Below, one piece after another: positions 12,363 to 25,214 of a stretch of DNA of 64,000 nt. The stretch covers positions 129,766,001 to 129,830,000 of the forward strand of contig OX597818.1 in the NCBI GenBank assembly GCA_951406725.2, read 5' to 3'. Positions within the stretch are counted from its first letter, which is position 1; the number at the start of each line of letters is the position of its first letter. The position numbers and the translations under genes are program-made. The notes under the pieces were generated by a model. That model was given only the letters and a program-made list of their open reading frames with translations, was not told the origin of the DNA and did no database searches. The stretch is from Octopus vulgaris (Eukaryota).

Positions 12363-13079
12363 AAATGACTGTTCTAATTTAGATGCAGAGTTCTGGGCAC
12401 TATCTCTACTTGAAGAGACAGAATAATACCGAAACACCAGTGTCTCAGATAACGTTACATAACTGAAGTATGTATTTCATTACTACACATGTCCAAAGAA
12501 AATGTTTTCCAACAAGGAAACCCAACAGCAAATGGCATATTCATGTCCAAGCACTGGCTCAGAAAGGAAATTTGCTTAGTTTTGTGGGGGTGCAAACCCA
12601 GGTCCATAATTTAATTACAATCAAGGTCTTCTTGTTTTATTTATTTATTTATGCTCTTTGTTCTTTGAGAAGATACCTAACATTAAGATACTTTTTAGCG
12701 ATTCCTTTCTACGCGCTGTTTTCTAAATTTGGTAAAAGTGAATAGCAGTGCAGATTTTGATTTTACACGCCCAAAATTTCTGTAGGTGCACTTGCACCCC
12801 TGCATCCTCTGTTCCTGAGCCCATGTGTCCCAGTCTGGTGGAATGTGTTGAGAATATATATATTTATATATAGAGAAGTGTAAGTGTGAGGGTGTATATG
12901 TGTTTGCATATGCATCAATATGAGTAATTATGTGTTTATATTCTAATATAGATAACTTTGATATCTTTGATATGTGTATGATAATCAGAATAGTGCACAT
13001 TGCAGAGGAATTACCTTACTTTGATTCTTCGATCATTCTGAAATTAACCAAATATACATAGAAAATAAATATAAAGTAA

Positions 13080-13502
13080 GGCGCAGGGGTGGCTGTGTGG
13101 TAAGTAGCTTGCTTACCAACCACATGGTTCTGGGTTCATTCCCACTGCGTGGCACCTTGGGCAAGTGTCTTCTACTATAGCTTTGGGCTGACAAAAGCCT
13201 TGTGAGTGGATTTGGTAGACAGAAACTGAAAGAAGCCCGTCATATATATGTGTATAAATATATATATATATGTATGTGCGTGTGTTTGTGTCTGTGTTTG
13301 CCCTCCCCCCCAAACATCGCTTGACAACCGATGGTGGTGTGTTTACATCCCTGTAACTTAGTGGTTTGGCAATAGAGACGGATAGAATAAGTACTAGGCT
13401 TCCAAAGAATAAGTCCTGGGGTCAATTTGCTCGACTAAAGGTGGTGCTCCAGCATGGCCGCAATCAAATGACTGAAACAAGTAAAAGAGTAAACGAGAGT
13501 AA
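13080..13502 (+). mobile_element. SINE family A, full length
   Basis: Head, internal TA/TG tract and tail present. Confidence 0.9.
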
Positions 13503-14233
13503 ACATGCAGTACATGTGTTCAGTAACTACTGCAACCCCCCATCCCCCCACACACACCACCACCACCACCACAACCACTACTACCACTACAACCAACACC
13601 ACTACTACTACTACTACTACAACAAGAGAGAGAGGGGGGGAGAGAGAAAGCCTGCAAGAAATAGTTTACAAGAAGGTGTAGTACATTTTGGAAGAAGAAC
13701 AATTTGAAGTGGAATTCTTTTTTTTTTGAAAAGAAAAAGAACCTGATATTGGAAAAGAAAAATAGGTTATCTTGGGATTTGAAATCAGTCCTTCAACACC
13801 ACCTGCATCATCACTTTCAACCTATCAATTTCCATACAAACTCTGCCTCTAACCCATACAGCATTTGTCTGTTTAGCTTCAGTAAATATTTGCAATTCAA
13901 ACTAAACAAAGATGGATGTATGATAACATGATAACAATGAATGCCAGAGAGAATAATAGACGGATAGATGGTAGCATGATAGATAGAGAGATAAATAGTT
14001 GACTAGACTAATGCTTAGATGGGTATATATACATATATTTATATATGTGTATATATGCATTTGTTATCTGTCTTTTACTTGTTTCAGTCACTAGGCTGCT
14101 GCCATGCTGGGGCACTGCCTTGAAGGGTTTAGTTGAACAAATCACCCCCAGTACTTACATTTTTAAGTTTGGTACTCATTCTATCAGTTTCAGTCATGGG
14201 GGTGGGGATTAACACAATCACAAAAACAAACAC

Positions 14234-14269
<36 letters not shown>

Positions 14270-14452
14270 TAAACGGAAACAAATGGATAGCTCAAAACAT
14301 CACTGTACACATTTCAATAGCATTGTTTATTCACAAACCTAAATCCATTACAAAACATATTAGAGAATATTACACAAATTTGCATTGTTACATAACCACT
14401 CCATTTCATCAGGTGATATTCAGCCAAACATTTTGGTTATATATATATATAC

Positions 14453-14482
<30 letters not shown>

Positions 14483-14483
<1 letters not shown>

Positions 14484-14697
14484 ACGGGAAGCTTTATGAA
14501 AATAAACAAAAGACGAAGGCAGGTGGAATACAAACAAACAATTGTATTAGTATGGCGCTCAGGAATATAAATAAAACAAGTCTTTTACGTTTCGAGCCTA
14601 CGCTCTTCAACAGAAAGATACACAGAAAAGAAACATGGAGAGAAACAAGGAGAGAAAAAAAATGCATGCAGAAGCTAGCGAATCAACATGGTGATCT
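14483..14697 (-). mobile_element. Penelope-like non-coding element with a minimal hammerhead, between (TA)n runs
   Basis: Contains the 14581-14618 motif; related sequence at 55965-56155 (-) and more weakly 54500-54755 (+). Confidence 0.6.
14581..14618 (-). ncRNA. Minimal type-I hammerhead ribozyme motif (one core mismatch)
   Basis: Minus strand: TCTTT-CTGTTGA-A-GAGC-gtag-GCTC-GAAA-CG-TA-AAAGA; stem I 5 bp, stem II 4 bp, palindromic ACGT stem III, GTA triplet; A6 replaced by T. Confidence 0.65.
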
Positions 14698-15074
14698 ATA
14701 TATATATATATATGTGTGTGTGTGTGGTTGAAAAGTGGGTTAAGAATCTATACAAATCAAAAGTTATGAAAATAAAGGTGGAAACAGCATGAAAGAATGT
14801 TTAAAGATTGTTTAATATTTGTTACATTGAGTAACTTTTTATAGAATATTACTGGTTTTGTTGTGGACGTCCATCTTATCAAATAATAAGAATTGAAAGT
14901 AAAAAATTAGGGAATAAGAAAAAGTTAGAAATTGAACAGTTTGTTCTCATAATTTTTAGCAGAGTTTAGAAAATGAGTGAAATTTCATCTTAGAATCTCT
15001 TCTTATATATATTGTCTATGTAGAGGTCTGAAATGCAGTTCAAGGGTTCAAGTTTCAAAAAGTATTGAACTGTA

Positions 15075-15356
15075 AGCTGTTGAAGCATGACAACTGTTTC
15101 AGCTCCTGTTTTCCCCTGCAGAAAACAGAATTTTATGGAAGCACATTGTTCCTTCATTTTAGCCATCACAAAAATTGATGAACAGGAGAGAAGCACTGCA
15201 AAACAAGGATGCACCATTTGGCAGTATGACCTCAGGGAGCAACGCTGGTCTGCAGACTGATGCTTGAGGGTTGCATCAAGTGGCTACTAGCAGCAGAAGC
15301 CTGAACTACAATGGGCCTGTCTCACAGAGAACATTTCTAGTTACTTTTGTGTACTC

Positions 15357-15361
<5 letters not shown>
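15075..15361 (-). mobile_element. Mariner 5' end fragment (TIR-like end and transposase N-terminus)
   Basis: MKEQCASIKFCFLQGKTGAETVVMLQQ resembles the mariner N-terminal EQRxxIKFCxxLGKTxxET. Confidence 0.75.
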
Positions 15362-15395
<34 letters not shown>

Positions 15396-15399
<4 letters not shown>

Positions 15400-15697
15400 T
15401 GTGACCGACCAGGCTATCAGATGTTGCTACACATTACTGGTCACAATGCGCTTCGCATTGTTTTAGCCTTCAAATGATGCCACCCTGCTGGCTAAGCAAG
15501 CAGGTCAACAGAAGAAAGGGTGAGAGGAAGTTGTGGCAAAAGAGTACAGCAGAGATCGCCAACACCCCCTGCCAGAGCCTCATGGAGCTTTAGGTGTTTT
15601 CACTCAAGAAACACTCACAACACCTGGCCTGGGGATCGAAATGGTGATCCTACAACTGCGAGTCTGCTGCCCCAACCACTGGGCCATTGCGCCTCCA
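15396..15697 (-). mobile_element. tRNA-derived SINE, family C (tail type 1)
   Basis: Head TGGAGGCGCAATGGCCCAGTGGTTGGGGCAGCAGACTCGC...TTTCGATCCCC. Confidence 0.8.
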
Positions 15698-15710
15698 CAC
15701 ACATATGCAC

Positions 15711-15743
<33 letters not shown>

Positions 15744-17311
15744 TATGTGCATGTGTGTGTCTTTGTGCCTGTGTTTGTCACCACCACTGCTTGACAACTG
15801 GTGTTTGGCATATTTATGTCCCTGTAACTTAGTGGTGCAGCAAAAAGATATTGATAAAAAAGTACAGGCTTAAAAACAAAAAAAAAAGTACTGGGGGTTG
15901 ATTCATTCAACTACAAATTCTTCAAGGTGGTGCTCCAGCATGACCACAGTTTAGTAACTGAAACAAATAAAAGATAGAAGAAAATAAAAGATTAAGTGCC
16001 ATGCTGTAGGATTGAACCCGGAACACATTGTTGCAAAGTAAGCTTCTTAACCACTCAACGCTGAATAAAAGTATTTTTTAAAAATTAATTTTAATATTTC
16101 ATGTTCAGAAACAAATTTCACTAAATTTTGTTTGAATTTAAATATAATGTGAATATCAGACTTCCTGCACGTGGCTTTTGTGTCTTTATCCAGTTTCAGA
16201 TATTACATTACATACCAGAAATGAATTGTTTATTTATCTACCTAACTAAAAAAAAAAAAAAAAAAAAAAATTCATACTAGCTACAAAACTTCTGGGTTGA
16301 TGGTTCATGAATTTGTATCCTATGTGAAGTATTATGTTATATCTCTGATGCATTTGTTTTTTTTTTTGTTTTTTTGTTATGTAAATGAGGTTATCAAATT
16401 TTCAGTGTTTGTGATAATATATCATTAGCTGCGACTTGTCATTTGAAATTAATGTACGTGATGTTTGCAATGAACACCAAAAAATAAAAGAGAAAACAAC
16501 CAGTAAAACTCAGAACAAGCAAACCAATGTTGCATACAAATTTACATGCCCGCATGACAATTGCAAACAATGTAATATAGCATAAATGTTTAAGCAGACA
16601 CCTGATATTGTACCAGTATGGAAAGACACCTGGAACACTTTTGATAAATAAACACATGTAAATTAGAAAGGAAATAATAAAAATTTAAAAAACAACAACA
16701 AAAGAACAAAAACAAAAATACAAACTCTAGAGAATGATACTATTGTTTTACAAGAAAGCAAAGGAAAGAAATGGGAAGAAAATAAACAAACTGATGCCAC
16801 AACAAACAATATCCTTTTTCCTTAACAATCAACAACAAATACAGACTTAACACTAGTTAGGATCATTCAACAAGAATACTATGTTTGCTATAGTCATATA
16901 TGACACATATACATGATAGGGCATACATAATTAACTCAAATGAGAGCAATAAATAACATAAAAATAAACCTGTATCACACAACACACAGAAATGGTGTAA
17001 CCAGCGACATTTGATTTATTGTAACAATGTAAAATTAATAAAATCATCCTTAAAAATGAATTTCAAGGGAATATAGAGAGATACTGGAGATATTTTTAAA
17101 AATTATTATTCTACCAAAATGTAATTAGTTATTTAAGGACAATCTGTATTAACTAACTCCTTTAACACTGACCCAACTGAGAACACCTGTATTAAAATCT
17201 CATTCAAAAATCTCATTGTAATATCAATGTTATCCCGAGATGTCAGTTGGTCAGCATCAACAGGATGTAGTAATACAAAAATTATATTATACTGGTGCTG
17301 CCTAACATATA

Positions 17312-17696
17312 TCTCTCTATATATAAACGGCAGTTTGTCTGTGTGTGTTTCTGTGTGTCTGTTTGGTTGTACCCTCACTCTGACCACGGCTTTCAACCGA
17401 TTCTGATGAAACTTGACACACACATAGCCCAATGTCATAATTCAAAACTAACGCAGCGAAAATTTTGAAAAGTTCCCCAGGTTCTGAAAAAGATCGATAA
17501 ATTCGACATGGGGTCGAGAATCAGAAACACAAACCACAGATGGTCTAGGGGACGCAACTCGACCTTTTTAACTATCAAAAAAAATTTACCATCATTTTTT
17601 TTCCCATTTTTTTGCTATTTTTTGGCTATAACTCTCTAAAAATGCTTTATAGTTATTTCCCTTACAAACCCGAGCAACGCCGGGCGATACTGCTAG
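17312..17696 (+). mobile_element. Non-autonomous Helitron, family H1
   Basis: A|TC start, subterminal hairpin CCCGAGCAACGCCGGG (17669-17684), CTAG|T end, no TSD; near-identical copy at 55055. Confidence 0.92.
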
Positions 17697-18569
17697 TTTA
17701 ATAATAAATGAATCAATGAAGTAGAAGATGGTGTTGGATAAAATGCATCAAGATGTTTGTTTTGATTTACTGCACCCTGAGTTCAAATCCTGCTGAGGTC
17801 AAATTTGACTCATCACCGCTGCTGCCACTGCCACCACCACCACCACCACCACCACTACTTTGAAATCTTCTTTTCCATGCTTGCATGGGATGGTTAAAAT
17901 TTTATTGTGGCAGATTTTCTATGGCTCTTCCTGTGATCAACCCTTACCTGTTTCCAGAAAAGGCAATATTTCTCCATGACCAGATATCATATGATGTTGA
18001 AGCAAAGAGACAGTAACACACACACGACAGGCTTCTTTCAGTTTCTGTTAACTAAATCTGCTCACATGTCACGAAGCTTAGCTGAATCCAGGGCAATAAT
18101 AGAAGGTACTTACCCAAACTGCTATACAGTGGGACTGAACCCCAAACTATGTAGTTGGGAAGTACCAATCTAGAGTGGTAGGTTGTTGGACTTGCTAGAG
18201 GGTCAGACAAGATGTCTGTTGTGTTAGCTCCAGCCCTTTGTGTTCTGATGCTTGCAATAACACTGATGCCAAGTTGTACTGGCCTTAAGGTAGTGACCAT
18301 GACCTTTACTTTGGACAACATCAATGGTTGGGAGAAGGAAAACTTGTATGTATGAGCAGCTGCTAGTCTTCTTCAATAAAACTTGTCTAGGGTTATGCAT
18401 ATACATGCAATACATGGTCAAGGAGGAGGAGAGTCAAATAGCTTTGAGATTTCGTTTACTTTGAGAATGACATTGTAGGAGAGGTGTGAGAAGCCAGATT
18501 TGGCTGGTATGAACATGAAATAGGTAGAATATTTGAGCCAGATGTGACTATTAGTAAAAAAGAGAATCC

Positions 18570-18930
18570 GGAGAATAATGCTATTAAGAAATTTGATAAA
18601 ATTGTCACGGTACTTTAGAAGGCAGTGGTGGGTTACTAATTTGTAGAAATTAGATTGGACCTTGATCTCTTGCTCTTTATGGATGATCTTAAACTGTTTG
18701 CAAAATGAGAAAAACAAAAATTAACTCCTTGGTGCCAACTGCTGATGCAATGATTATGGACAAAGAGACAGAGATGGGCATCAGAAGAGTTGACAGTCAG
18801 TATGTGCACGAGGAAATGGAAAGATGACAATGGAATGAATATTAATTACCTAATGGAAAGAGAACGACAGACCCAGTGGAAGTAGGATATAAGTACATTG
18901 GAATACCATAGTTAGATTATATAATGTCAT
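18570..18930 (+). pseudogene. Decayed non-LTR reverse-transcriptase fragment, R4/Dong-like
   Basis: LLFMDDLKLFAK around 18670-18705 and LPNGK...GYKYIGI ending ~18905, with stops and frameshifts. Confidence 0.7.
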
Positions 18931-19088
18931 GAGAGGATTTGAACTTGGTATGTAAAGAGCCAGAACAAACACTGCAAGGCACTTTTTCAGTTCTCCAATG
19001 ACTCTGCTAATCCTTCCATAAGAATAATTATCCTCACTGATTTAGACACGAAACCAGCAATTTTGAGGGGAAGGAGCTCGTCAATACC

Positions 19089-19319
19089 TATTTCTTTATT
19101 ACCCACAAGGGGCTAAACACAGAGGGGACAAACAAGGACAGACATAGGTATTAAGTCGATTACATCGACCCCAGTGCGTAACTGGTACTTAATTTATCGA
19201 CCCCGAAAGGATGAAAGGTAAAGTCGACCTCGGCGGAATTTCAACTCACAACATAACTGCAGACGAAATACCGCAAAGTATTTCGCCCGGCGTGCTAACG
19301 ATTCTGCCAGCTTGCCTCC
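19089..19319 (-). mobile_element. SINE family B copy
   Basis: Reverse complement of 8260-8490. Confidence 0.85.
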
Positions 19320-19636
19320 TTCAATACCATTGACCTAAGTACTCGATTGGTGTCAAATCTCAAGGGACGAAAAGCAAGAGTTGATCTTGGAAGGATTTGA
19401 ACTCGGAATAGAATGAGCCCTGACTAAATATTGCAAATCCCTGACTGACACTCTAATGATTCAATCCAAAATAAAAACATAAAAGCATACCTGTTAAGGG
19501 ATAGCTCCCATTTTATGTGATGTATTTATGTGATGCATTCAAGAAGCAGGTGTATTGTCTGCACACAATGCATACCCTGTACTGTCCAATACAAAACACT
19601 ACATATTAAGGATCCATAGGACCTAATACTTATCTG

Positions 19637-20018
19637 TGGAGGCGCAATGACCCAGTGGTTAGGGCAGCGGATTCGCGGTTGTAGGATCGCAGTTTCGATT
19701 CCCAGACCGGGCGTTGTGAGTGTTTATTGAGCGAAAACATCTAAAAGCTCCACGAGGCTCCAGCAGGGATGGTGGTGATCCCTGCTGTACTCTTTCACCA
19801 CAACTTTCTCTCACTCTTACTTCCTGTTTCTGTTGTACCTGTATTTCAAAGGGCCGGCCTTGTCACTCTCTGTGTCACGCTGAATATCCCCGAGAACTAC
19901 GTTAAGGGTACACATGTCTGTGGAGTACTCAGCCACTTACATGTTAATTTCACGAGCAGGCTGTTCCGTTGATTGGATCAACCGGAAACCTCGTCGTCGT
20001 AACCGACAGAGTGCTTCC
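19637..20018 (+). mobile_element. SINE family C (tail type 2)
   Basis: Same tRNA-like head as 15697 (-) and 25215 (+). Confidence 0.82.
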
Positions 20019-20491
20019 ATCCAATACTTATCTCTTGTTTGTCTAGTATTAATAAAATATGATATATAATTCCCTTTATGATACAACACACGACTTACAC
20101 AGGTAACTTTTTCTGCAATGCAAACTTGCCAATAAAAGGCAACGTATGCCATGTCAGCTTTATAGTATCACTGCCACACATGGCAGATTAAGTTATAAAA
20201 TGCAAGACAGCAGCCGCACATGTAAAACACAAACACCACTCAACAAAATAACACCATTTGTATTGCACACACTCTGCATAACAAACAGACAAAGCATTAA
20301 ACTAACATCAGGATACAACAAAGTAAAACAGATGCTGCATACAAACACTGTTCTAAAACCTTCCAAATATGACGCTGTATGCACCTCAGAAACATTAATG
20401 TGCACCTGGTGTTGCAACAGAAACTTGCATGAAACTGTTGAACACATGAGGATGACAACGATGATAATGATAATAATAGTTGCTTTATTAA

Positions 20492-20749
20492 CCCTTTCAC
20501 AACCGAATTTCAAATTAACTACTCTGCCTATGTGCTTCAATTGATTTTGAAAAACAATTAAGATTTCGGAAAGATTTAGTAAAAATAACTAACCTTAGTC
20601 ATTATGAAGCAGGTGTTTGGAACATACTTTAACAAAGGGGACTTAAATTAAGATGGAAGGTTTTAATTTAAATATGAACTCTTTAAAATTGGCTATTTTG
20701 TATCAGGGAACAAGAAGGAGGGATCCCAGGTGGGTTGGTGTCAAAAAGG
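20492..20749. mobile_element. Old piggyBac-type MITE
   Basis: TTAA|CCCTTT start, degenerate AAAAGG|TGAA end; related copy begins TTAA|CCCTTTC at 39246. Confidence 0.45.
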
Positions 20750-20899
20750 TGAATCCAAAGAAGAAAGAAAAAAAAACAAATTAAAAATAATGTTGAAAAT
20801 AAAATATGTATGAACGACAATCCACCATGTCAGTTGATTCTCCAATAAAAAAACTTTTTCATTAATTGTCACTAGCTTAGTTATTGTTGTTGCTGTTGC

Positions 20900-21463
20900 T
20901 GTTGAGTGAAGTGGTCTTCGTCCCAGAGCTTGCAGTGGGAGAAGTCTGAATCGTGGTCCTTTGCTATTCCTAAGACCCGCAGAAGAGAAAGCTGATGAGG
21001 CCTTGAGATATATATATAAGTAACTCATTTATAACTGCATATTACTTCAATACATCTGACTAATTTGAGCATAATGAGATACTCTTATCTACAGGCTGAA
21101 ACAGCTGTAAGATCCATTTTATATTTATATGTATTGTTCTTATGGTATTATCTTACTTATTGATGCGTACTGCTTTATTCTGTATTATTCTGTTTGATCT
21201 GGATGTTGCTAAATAATTAGTTAATAAATTATATGAATTGGTATTATCTAGTAGTTGATGATTGTAAGTAATCTATTCCTCCATTTTCTTATTTTGTATT
21301 ATGAATTTGAGGTAAAACATTTTACCTTCGCCCATACAATAAATGAATTAATTGCATTGCAATTCTTAGCATTTATGTATTAGCCTTTCTGGGTACTTTA
21401 CTGGCAGTATATTGGATAAATGATATCCCATAGTGGGTTACACTCATAACTCCTATCCCACTT

Positions 21464-21468
<5 letters not shown>
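20900..21468 (+). mobile_element. Penelope-like non-coding element with hammerhead core halves, ending in (TA)n
   Basis: CTGATGA-GGCCT (20992) ... AGGCT-GAAA-CAGCTG-TA (21093-21109); stem I does not pair. Confidence 0.5.
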
Positions 21469-21506
<38 letters not shown>

Positions 21507-21613
21507 TTAAGATTCTGTTGAATTAGGTACTCAAGTTGAGGCACCAGGTCAGTCCAGTATTATCCGCACACCTTGAAGTAAGGTGAATAAAAAACAAATA
21601 AGTACCAAGGATA

Positions 21614-21792
21614 GGCGTAGGAGTAGCTGCGTGGTAAGTAGCTTGCTTACCAACCACATGGTTCCGGGTTCAGTCCCACTGTGTGGCACCTTGGGCAAGT
21701 GTCTTCTACTATAGCCTCAGGCCGACCAAAGCCTTATGAGTGGATTTGGTAGACAGAAACTGAAAGAAGCCTGTTGTACATATGTATATATA

Positions 21793-21832
<40 letters not shown>

Positions 21833-21875
21833 TGTGTTTGTCCTCCCAACATCGCTTGGCAACTGATGCTGGTTG
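21614..21875 (+). mobile_element. SINE family A, 3'-truncated
   Basis: Head and body match 5849. Confidence 0.87.
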
Positions 21876-22149
21876 TAAGTGATGTAAAGATGAGATAGAA
21901 GGAGATAGACTAACATTGAATAAGGAGAGGAGAGAAACATTAAAAAAGATAAAATTAAAAAACGAACCAAAGGTGGAGAGTGAGAGAATGAATGAGGGGT
22001 TGTTGGTTGTACAGAGAAAGTAGGGAGATCAAGGACAAAGATCAGAGAAGGAGAGAGTGAGAGAGAGAGAGAGAGCGAAAGATGGAGAAGGAGAGAGAGG
22101 TGAAGAGGGGGAGAGAGAGTGCAAAGAGAAAGAGAGTGAGTGTGCCTGT

Positions 22150-22924
22150 ATATAATTGTATGTGCATGCGTGTGTGTGTGTGTGTGTATATGATTGTATG
22201 TGTGTGTGTATGTGATTGTGTGTGCATGTGTGATTGCGTAGGTGTCTGATTGCATGTGTGATTGTGTGTGTGTGTGTATATGATTGTATGTGTGTGTGTA
22301 TGTGATTGTGTATGCATGTGTGATTGCGTAGGTGTCTGATTGCATGTGTGATTGTGTGTGTGCATGTGTATGTGATTGTGTGTGTGATTGTATGTGTGTG
22401 TGTGTGTGTGTGATTGTGATTGTGTGTGTGTGTGTGCATGTGTGTGTGTGTATATGATTGTATGTGAGTCTGTGTATGTGATTGTGTGTGTATGTGTGAT
22501 TGCGTAGGTGTTTGATTGCGTAGGTGTGTGATTGTGTGTGTGCATGTGTATGTGATTGTATGTGTGTGTGTGTGTGTGATTGTGACTGTGTGTGTGTGTG
22601 CATGTGTGTGTGTGTATATGATTGTATGTGAGTCTGTGTATGTGATTGTGTGTGTATGTGTGATTGCGTAGGTGTGTGATTGTGTGTGTGCTTGTGTATG
22701 TAATTGTATGTGTGTGTGTGTGTGTGATTGTGACTGTGTGTGTGTGTGTGTGTGTGTGTGCATGTGTGTGTGTGTATATGATTGCATGTGTATATGATTG
22801 TATGTGAGTCTGTGTATGTGATTGTGTGTGTATGTGTGATTGCGTAGGTGTGTGATTGCGTAGGTGTGTGATTGTGTGTGTGCTTGTGTATGTAATTGTA
22901 TGTGTGTGTGTGTGTGTGATTGTG

Positions 22925-22964
<40 letters not shown>

Positions 22965-23132
22965 ATTGTATGTGTATATGATTGTATGTGAGTCTGTGTA
23001 TGTGATTGTGTGTGTATGTGTGATTGCGTAGGTGTGTGATTGCGTAGGTGTGTGATTGTGTGTGTAATTGTATGTGTGTGTGTGTATGTGATTTTGTGAC
23101 TGTGTGGGTGTATGTGATTGTGTGTGTGTGTG
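22150..23132. repeat. ~1-kb TG-derived complex minisatellite
   Basis: Recurring sub-units GTGATTGCGTAGGTGT, TATGATTGTATGTGAGTCTGTG and GTGATTGTGACTG embedded in (TG)n. Confidence 0.92.
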
Positions 23133-23467
23133 TTGTGAAGAAATTACAGTTCTCAAGAAATCAGACCTCAGGTGATATGACCAGAGACCATCTTCATATG
23201 TTTTGGGTTATAATTGGTAAAGGTGATTCTTTCATCTGATGAGTTTCATGACAAAAAAAAAAACAACAACAACAAACTACAAAAGTATTCACATTGAATT
23301 ATGTACAAAGATTAAGACAAACACACTCAAAGTAAAATACTGAGAATATGAAATAAAAATAACTGGAAATACTGAAAGAAGCAAAGTATTTCAAAAACCA
23401 ATCAAAATCAAGAAAAATAGACGAATGTGCTCCAGCAGAGGCCACAACCTTTGGGCTGAAATGCTGT

Positions 23468-23843
23468 GAAGACATGTTGGGGCAAGCGAAATCGAATTGA
23501 ACCAGCCAGGATCCCTGGTCTGGTGGTACGTAAAAAGCACTATCCGACTCGTGGCCGATGCCAGCACCGCCTCGACTGGCTTCCGTGCCGGTGGCACATA
23601 AAATACACCAATCCGACCGTGGCCGTTGCCAGCCTCGCCTGGCACCTGTGCAGGTGGCACGTAAAAAGCACCCACTACACTCACGGAGTGGTTGGCGTTA
23701 GGAAGGGCATCCCGCTGTAGAAACATTGCCAGATTAGACTGGAGCCTGGTGCAGCCTTCTGGCTTCCCAGAACCCCGGTCGAACCGTCCAACTCATGCTA
23801 GCATGGAGAACGGACGTTAAACGATGATGATGATGATGATGAT
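23468..23843 (+). mobile_element. RTE LINE 3' UTR fragment with (GAT)n tail
   Basis: Near-identical to 10430-10806. Confidence 0.9.
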
Positions 23844-24004
23844 ATATATCAAGTCATATGCAAGCATAAACACAGACTCCTAGATAAAAAGCAAAGCTCA
23901 ATAGCAAACAAGTATTGAATGCAGAAATACATTCACATGTGCATGTTTACATATATACATATATGAATGTATGTGTGTGTGTGTGTGTGTGTGTGTGCCT
24001 GCTA

Positions 24005-24035
<31 letters not shown>

Positions 24036-24543
24036 TGTGAGGGAGGAACAGAGGTATGCATACATACACATTTACATCACATAGCATCATATCTTCATGC
24101 AAATACAAAAGTTCTCTTAGAAGAAAAACGTACAAGCTTCTATGAGCAAGCATACACACACACACACATACATACACACACACACACACACATGAAGATA
24201 CACACACATGAAAATACACACATGAAAACAAGCATATTTTTGAAAATGTAACTGGAGGTTTTTTTGGGGTTTTTTTAAAAAATTTATTTTTTATTTTATT
24301 TTATTTCATTTTATTTTAGTTATTTATTTATTTCTGAAATTTTTTTAAAAGAGTCACACGAGATTTTTAAAGATTTCTTCTCTGAAGGCCAGCAATTATC
24401 CCAATTGGTTTTAGAGTAAGATTCATAAAAAGCGAAAGTTAAGAATAAAAATATCCCCTCCATAAAAAAAAAAAAATAGAAAAACAACATGGTGCATATA
24501 AAAAAAGAAGAGAAGATGATAAAAAGAAAAACAATACATATAC

Positions 24544-24593
<50 letters not shown>

Positions 24594-24672
24594 TGTGTAT
24601 ATATACACATATATATATATATAGTGTGTGTATATATAAATATATAGTGCGTGTATATATACACATATATAT

Positions 24673-24722
<50 letters not shown>

Positions 24723-25214
24723 GACACTCATTTATTTATTTATTTTTGGAGAACTGTGACTATCATAACGAGGAATCGTCATACATTCCTTGTTGATTCC
24801 CTATCAGTGAAATGTAACCTGAAGCATATTGGTATACGTTAAACAAACACCAAACTTTAATATCATTGTTTCATATATGAGGATCTCTCTCTGTCTCTAA
24901 CTTACTGCTTCTGTCTCTCTCTATCCCTCTAACTGCCTGTCTCTCTCTCTCTCTCTTTGTATCTCTCTCTCACTGTTTTTCTTTCACCTTTATTTTCTAT
25001 CAAGATTTTTTTGTTTGTTTTTGTTTTAATATTCTTTTGAAGCTAAAGAAATAGATGAACTCTCTTTATCAATGCAGTTTGATTCAATGTTTGGTGATGA
25101 AGTTGATGTTAGCAGCAATTTAGGGTCAGATAAAAGTGATTTTTCGTATTTACTTACATTCCTATAGATCCTGAGTTCAAACTCCATCAATATCTAGTTT
25201 GTAGTTTATCATTG

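Noticed and set aside
12552-12825. Possible MITE with weak terminal inverted similarity (CACTGGCTCAGAA / TTCCTGAGCCCATG)
   Set aside because: Termini too degenerate, single copy in the window, no clear TSD
16200-17100. Unique A/T-tract region resembling a minus-strand 3' UTR
   Set aside because: No adjacent coding exon found; composition alone is not evidence
17403-17412. CTGATGA in Helitron H1 (also the isolated one at ~23237)
   Set aside because: No stem II or GAAA-stem III-UH arrangement; chance heptamer
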